NCBI GenBank assembly: GCA_013287275.1
Contig: JABDED010000003.1
Span: forward strand, 11,225 to 75,224
Direction of reading: 5' to 3'
Origin: Betaproteobacteria bacterium
GTDB lineage: Bacteria > Pseudomonadota > Gammaproteobacteria > Burkholderiales > Burkholderiaceae_D
Length of the DNA: 64,000 bases
In this document: positions 61,470-64,000 of the stretch, piece after piece
How positions within the stretch are numbered: position 1 is the first letter of the stretch
How the letters are laid out: each line of letters begins with the position of its first letter
Position numbers and translations under genes: made by a program
The notes under the pieces: generated by a model
What the model was told of the DNA's origin: nothing
The model's input: only the letters and a program-made list of their open reading frames with translations
The model's database searches: none

Positions 61470-63290
61470 ATGTCGACACATAAGCCAACAGAGCGTGGTA
61501 TGGCTAAATCTATTCTCAAGGGATGTACTCATGAAGTGAGCGTCGCGCGGCAATCGCCAGAAATATCCGGTAACACTCATCAAAGTTCAGGGAAGTGCCT
61601 ACCTCTGACAATTATTTTTTTGACGACAGTGATGCTCACGGCCTGCGGCGCCACTCCCCGTGTGACAACAAATCACAGTCAGCAATTCAAATTTGTCGAA
61701 GCCACGATTGCCGACATGCATATAGCGATGCAGACCGGCGAGTTAAGTTGCCGCACTGTGGTCCAAGGCTATATCGATCGTCTCAATGCTTTCGATCTGA
61801 GTGGCCCGTCGCTGCACACGGTGATTACGCTAAACCCCGCCGCCCTGGACGAAGCAGACGAACTGGATCGAAAATTCAAACTGTCCGGTCTGCAAGGTCC
61901 CTTACACTGCGTGACAGTGATGGCAAAGGACAATTTTGATACCGACGACATGCCCACCACGGCAGGCGCCAAGGCCTTCCAAAACAATCGTCCCACGCGT
62001 GACGCCTTTGTCATCACGAAGCTGCGTGCCGCTGGCGCGATCATCCTAGCCAAGGCCAACATGGATGAATTTGCCTTCACATACAAAGGTTCATCATCGA
62101 TCGCTGGGCAAGTCAGGAATGCTTACGACATCAACATAACTCCAGGCGGCTCCTCGTCTGGCACCGGAACTGCGGTGGCCGCCAGCATGGCGATGGTAGG
62201 ACTTGGCACTGATACCGGCGGTTCGGTACGAGTGCCAAGCGCGGTTCAGGGACTGAGCGGCCTCCGCCCCAGCCTCCGCTTGCTCAGCCAGAACGGCATC
62301 GTTCCCCTGGCCCATTCCGAAGACACTGCCGGTCCGATGTGCCGGACCGTGCAAGATTGTGCGCTCATGATGAATACCCTGGTCGGATACGATCCCGAAC
62401 CCGACAGCGGCCAACGGCGCACTATCGAACATGACGCCCCGCAAATCGGCAGTGTACGCGAGTATGCTGAGATCACCAAAGCGCCTACAGACTATATGGC
62501 CTACCTTGACACAAACGGATTGCGCGGCGCCCATATTGGTGTCGTGCGCCAGTTTTTTCCGCTGGCTGCATCTGCCGATAAAATCCTCTTCAACGACGGT
62601 CTTGATGCTGCGCTGGAGCGCATGAAAGCGGCAGGCGCGATTGTCGAAGACGTAACCATCCCCGATCTAGACCGTATCCTGGTCGAGTTCAAGACCGTCA
62701 AACCCTATGAATTCAAAGGCGACCTGGAGCGCTACCTGAATCGCTGGTCCTCGGAGCGCGATCATCATGTCCGCAACTATCACGCGATGCTGAGCACGGG
62801 CCTCTATGAGAGCCGAAATATCGAGCCTATTGCAGAATACGCCAAGAGCGGCGACGACCTTATACGCAACGCTGATTACATGAAAAATATCACGGAACGT
62901 TTTCCATTCGTACGTGCCCGCTTGATGCAAACCCTCGACAATACCGACAGCAATGGCAAGCAATACGGTCAGCGTTTCGACGTACTCATTTATCCGACAC
63001 GCGCCGGACTCAATACAAGCCAGGATGGCAAATCGTCCAACAGTCCTGCCACTAGTCGCCTGAGTTCTTTCAGCGGTTTTCCGGCCATGACCATCCCGGT
63101 CGGCATGGTGACGCCACCACTCATGGCGTCAAGCAAGGCAACGAAAGCTCAACCGATAGGACTGGAAATGCTGGCGCGCGAATTCGACGAGGGCAGCTTG
63201 ATCAAAATTGCGTATGCCTGGCAGCAAACCGCCAAGCCGCGACGCCCTCCGACATTGACGCCGGAATTGTCTATCATCAGTACTAAATAG
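61470..63290 (+). CDS. Amidase-signature family enzyme, probably exported or lipoprotein
   Basis: KDN, GGSSSG, GTDTGGSVRVP (Lys-cisSer-Ser); LTAC lipobox-like; start uncertain. Confidence 0.9.
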   Translation: MSTHKPTERGMAKSILKGCTHEVSVARQSPEISGNTHQSSGKCLPLTIIFLTTVMLTACGATPRVTTNHSQQFKFVEATIADMHIAMQTGELSCRTVVQGYIDRLNAFDLSGPSLHTVITLNPAALDEADELDRKFKLSGLQGPLHCVTVMAKDNFDTDDMPTTAGAKAFQNNRPTRDAFVITKLRAAGAIILAKANMDEFAFTYKGSSSIAGQVRNAYDINITPGGSSSGTGTAVAASMAMVGLGTDTGGSVRVPSAVQGLSGLRPSLRLLSQNGIVPLAHSEDTAGPMCRTVQDCALMMNTLVGYDPEPDSGQRRTIEHDAPQIGSVREYAEITKAPTDYMAYLDTNGLRGAHIGVVRQFFPLAASADKILFNDGLDAALERMKAAGAIVEDVTIPDLDRILVEFKTVKPYEFKGDLERYLNRWSSERDHHVRNYHAMLSTGLYESRNIEPIAEYAKSGDDLIRNADYMKNITERFPFVRARLMQTLDNTDSNGKQYGQRFDVLIYPTRAGLNTSQDGKSSNSPATSRLSSFSGFPAMTIPVGMVTPPLMASSKATKAQPIGLEMLAREFDEGSLIKIAYAWQQTAKPRRPPTLTPELSIISTK

Positions 63291-63362
63291 CACACTTAAA
63301 CGGTTAGTATTAGCGCCGATGGAGTGTTGAATCAGACTGCCGGTTCCAACTGACCCAACTAA

Positions 63363-63388
63363 AACCATTGGAACCATTGGAACCATTG
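63363..63388 (+). repeat. 9-bp tandem repeat (aaccattgg, about 3 copies) near the island end
   Basis: aaccattggaaccattggaaccattg. Confidence 0.7.
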
Positions 63389-63489
63389 CTGCGTGGTTAT
63401 TCTGACCATTTACGTTCAAGCAAAAACAAAAAAGCGCCGAAAACCAAAAAGGTTTGCGACGCTTTGTAAATGCATATTTATCTGACAAC

Positions 63490-63582
63490 TGGTGCCCGAG
63501 GCCGGAATCGAACCGGCACGCCCGCTATTAACGAAGCGGCGGATTTTAAGTCCGATGTGTCTACCAGTTTCACCACTCGGGC
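63490..63582 (-). tRNA. tRNA-Leu (TAA)
   Basis: GCCCGAGTGGTGAAACTGGTAGACAC...CTTAAAA...long variable arm...TTCGATTCCGGCCTCGGGCACCA. Confidence 0.96.
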
Positions 63583-63658
63583 ACTTGCCTGCGACCAGCC
63601 ACATTGATAATGCCACTGGTTGAAGCCGAAAAAAGCGCCTGTAGCGCTTTTTGTAATC

Positions 63659-63732
63659 TGGAGGCGGGGACCGGAGTCGAACCGGTCTACACGGCTTTGC
63701 AGGCCGCTGCATAACCGCTTTGCTACCCCGCC
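63659..63732 (-). tRNA. tRNA-Cys (GCA)
   Basis: GGCGGGGTAGCAAAGCGG...CTGCAAA...TTCGACTCCGGTCCCCGCCTCCA, 74 nt. Confidence 0.97.
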
Positions 63733-63854
63733 AAGGGTTGCTATTTTAAAGCAAATGAAATCTTCTTGCTGTAAGCCTGAAGCATTTGTACTTAAAAAGC
63801 GGAGGACACTTTAACTAAATAAAAAGGGAAGCCACCAGCTTCCCTTTAAAAATC

Positions 63855-63930
63855 TGGAGCGGGAGAAGAGTCTCGAACTCTCGACCTCAACCTTGGCAAG
63901 GTTGCGCTCTACCAACTGAGCTACTCCCGC
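63855..63930 (-). tRNA. tRNA-Gly (GCC)
   Basis: GCGGGAGTAGCTCAGTTGGTAGAGC...TTGCCAA...TTCGAGACTCTTCTCCCGCTCCA, 76 nt. Confidence 0.97.
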
Positions 63931-63967
63931 AATTTTTACTACTAGTCCTACATACTACGCCAAAAAC

Positions 63968-64000
63968 TGGAGCGGGAGAAGAGTCTCGAACTCTCGACCT
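63968..64000 (-). tRNA. Second tRNA-Gly, 3' part (runs off window)
   Basis: 33 nt identical to the 3' end of the tRNA-Gly at 63855; anticodon lies outside the window. Confidence 0.8.

Larger units (their letters stand above)
36345..63511. mobile_element. Putative tRNA-Leu-anchored genomic island (about 27 kb, no integrase seen)
   Basis: Direct repeat ctggcgcccgaggctggaattga (36345-36367) vs tRNA-Leu 3' end ctggtgcccgaggccggaatcga (63489-63511), 20/23 identical; accessory cargo in between. Confidence 0.65.

Overview
GC-rich betaproteobacterial chromosome segment; gene content and synteny (hupB-tRNA-Val-tRNA-Asp...ppiD, purT, nadB/nadAC, tRNA Gly-Gly-Cys-Leu) suggest Burkholderiales, probably Oxalobacteraceae (inference). 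The left half is mostly housekeeping and stress genes: a partial FdhF/YdeP oxidoreductase, an OFA-type MFS transporter, a threonine/serine catabolic operon with a divergent XRE regulator, two USPs, a GT28 glycosyltransferase, tdk, an Hsp20 gene with a ROSE-type thermometer, an ABC exporter, ppiD, nad genes, a patch of small orphan ORFs and a gluconate-2-dehydrogenase-like operon. The right half (about 36.3-63.5 kb) lies between tRNA-Leu(TAA) and a decayed copy of its 3' end, so it looks like an integrase-less genomic island. It carries an aryl-polyene/xanthomonadin-type type II PKS cluster with a halogenase-like flavoprotein, a non-canonical TM-GAF-nucleotide cyclase, an IclR-linked porin/YfcC/amidohydrolase/M20 module and an MCP-amidase pair. 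The most unusual non-coding feature is a 183-bp tandem array directly downstream of tRNA-Asp. Each unit holds both a sense copy and a hairpin-split antisense copy of the tRNA 3' end, and can fold into a ~106-nt RNA with the tRNA-Asp acceptor stem and a GCCA end. Four GTAG-type REP doublets and a CTAG-bounded MITE-like palindrome are also present. All calls come from motif reading by eye; no searches or folding programs were run.
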